Below are positions 16,249-17,315 of a stretch of 17,315 nt of DNA, piece after piece. Source of the stretch: a candidate division WOR-3 bacterium (GTDB lineage: Bacteria; Hydrothermota; Tepidihabitantia; Tepidihabitantales; Tepidihabitantaceae); NCBI GenBank assembly GCA_965648935.1, contig CBFGIY010000010.1:24421-41735 (forward strand), in the 5' to 3' direction. The stretch's first letter is position 1. Each line of letters starts with the position of its first letter. The notes under the pieces were generated by a model. It had not been told where the DNA came from. It searched no databases and was given only the letters and a program-made list of their open reading frames with translations. The translations under genes were made by a program, and so were the position numbers.

Positions 16249-16276
16249 AATCTATAACGAAGTGCAAGGAAGTCAA
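16249..16276 (-). promoter_or_regulatory. Putative tRNA promoter
   Basis: TTGACT (16276-16271, overlapping the S8 stop codon), 16 bp spacer, TAGATT (16254-16249). Confidence 0.45.
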
Positions 16277-17315
16277 GTTCCGCGCACCAAGGCGAAGCGC
16301 GTCGAGTGACTGCCGAAGGTCGTCCGCAGTACCGCAACATAGAGACCGGCCGCGCACGGCCGTCCGGCATCGTTGTTGCCATCCCAGTACGAACCAATTC
16401 TTTCCAGCTCAGCGATGTTGCCTTCAACGCCGTACCGGCCGGGTCGGGGCAATGCAGACGCATTCAGCTCAATAGTACGCACCAGCGCCCCAGAGGCCGA
16501 ATAGATGGATATCTTCGCTTCGGTCTGGGGCCGGAGGATGTGGAGTGCGAACCATACTCGGTCGTGCTGTCCGCCGACGAAGGGATTCGGGAAGACGAGC
16601 GATATGGCGTCGCGCGTGACCGGTTCGTTGGTCTTGTCTGGCGGATGCAGACGAAGTGCTGAATCAACTCGCGGCACGCCGAACCCGAACGTGCAGCTCT
16701 TGGTCGAAAGGGAGGCGGTAGAGCAGAGAACGGTCTTGATCGATTCGGCGCTCCAGGAGGGATGGGCCTCTTTGAGAAGAGCAGCGGCCCCGGCGATGAG
16801 CGCGGTGGCGCAGGACGTGCCGACCGAGCCATCCAGCCAGTCTGCCGAATCGGGCGAGGCGACCGCGACAGTATCGGACAACGCGACAAGATCAGGCTTG
16901 ACGCGGCCGTCCGAGGTGGGGCCGGTACCGGTTCCGCGCCAAGGCTGGAGCGTCTTCTGTACCCCGCCTGCCGTTATAACGTTCTCAGCGTCACCCGGAG
17001 CGACAATGTACGGTCGCGGCCACGGATAGACTAGCGTGTCACGGTTACCCATGGCGGTGATGACAAGCATGCCGCGGCGAGCGGCGCGGTCAGCCGCAAC
17101 CGATACTGGCGCGGTGCGGCCGTCGAACTGGCCGTCACCGTACCAACCTCGGTAACCAAGCGATGTAGACACGATGTCAGCCCCAACCCGCCCGGCCCAC
17201 TCCAGCGCCTCGATGTAGGTGTCCTCTTCCATGCTGTATTCGTAGTAGCGTCCCGACCGGACTTTGAATAGCTCTGTGCGGGCAACGAGCAATTCGACAC
17301 CCGGAGCAACACCCA
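16273..17315 (-). CDS. S8 (subtilisin-like) serine peptidase with FlgD-Ig/T9SS-like C-terminal domain, 5'-truncated by the window
   Basis: Frame is open to the window edge (GVAPGVELL). GADIVSTSLG, oxyanion AMGN, KPDLVA and catalytic GTS motifs. C-terminal VFPNPF..IYSASGALVRTI..WDG.N.AG....GLY. Confidence 0.88.
   Translation of the reverse strand, partial: GVAPGVELLVARTELFKVRSGRYYEYSMEEDTYIEALEWAGRVGADIVSTSLGYRGWYGDGQFDGRTAPVSVAADRAARRGMLVITAMGNRDTLVYPWPRPYIVAPGDAENVITAGGVQKTLQPWRGTGTGPTSDGRVKPDLVALSDTVAVASPDSADWLDGSVGTSCATALIAGAAALLKEAHPSWSAESIKTVLCSTASLSTKSCTFGFGVPRVDSALRLHPPDKTNEPVTRDAISLVFPNPFVGGQHDRVWFALHILRPQTEAKISIYSASGALVRTIELNASALPRPGRYGVEGNIAELERIGSYWDGNNDAGRPCAAGLYVAVLRTTFGSHSTRFALVRGT

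Noticed and set aside
1..17315. CRISPR array, IS/transposase, integrase, rRNA
   Set aside because: I saw no regularly spaced direct repeats, terminal inverted repeats or corresponding protein or RNA motifs.

Overview
GC-rich bacterial window, probably from an anaerobe. An S8 protease with a FlgD-Ig/T9SS-like C-terminus hints at the FCB superphylum, which is inference only. The + strand carries hbd, xseA and xseB, then an unexplained ~600 bp gap and a separately promoted ~115-nt structured RNA candidate. A tightly coupled cluster follows: MBL-fold hydrolase, mutL, miaA, NUDIX, metK, ahcY. After it lies a promoted ~210-nt rod-like RNA, most likely 6S RNA. The - strand carries a partial S8 peptidase, tRNA-Asn(GTT), a PIN-domain protein and a complete rnfCDGEAB operon. 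Most proteins are housekeeping. The most interesting signals are non-coding: the 3340-3456 RNA (pseudoknot or two-state switch, exposed anti-SD, terminator, upstream of an operon ending in metK-ahcY), three apparently leaderless genes, and the 2710-3300 gap. All pairings and counts were done by hand and no database searches were run.
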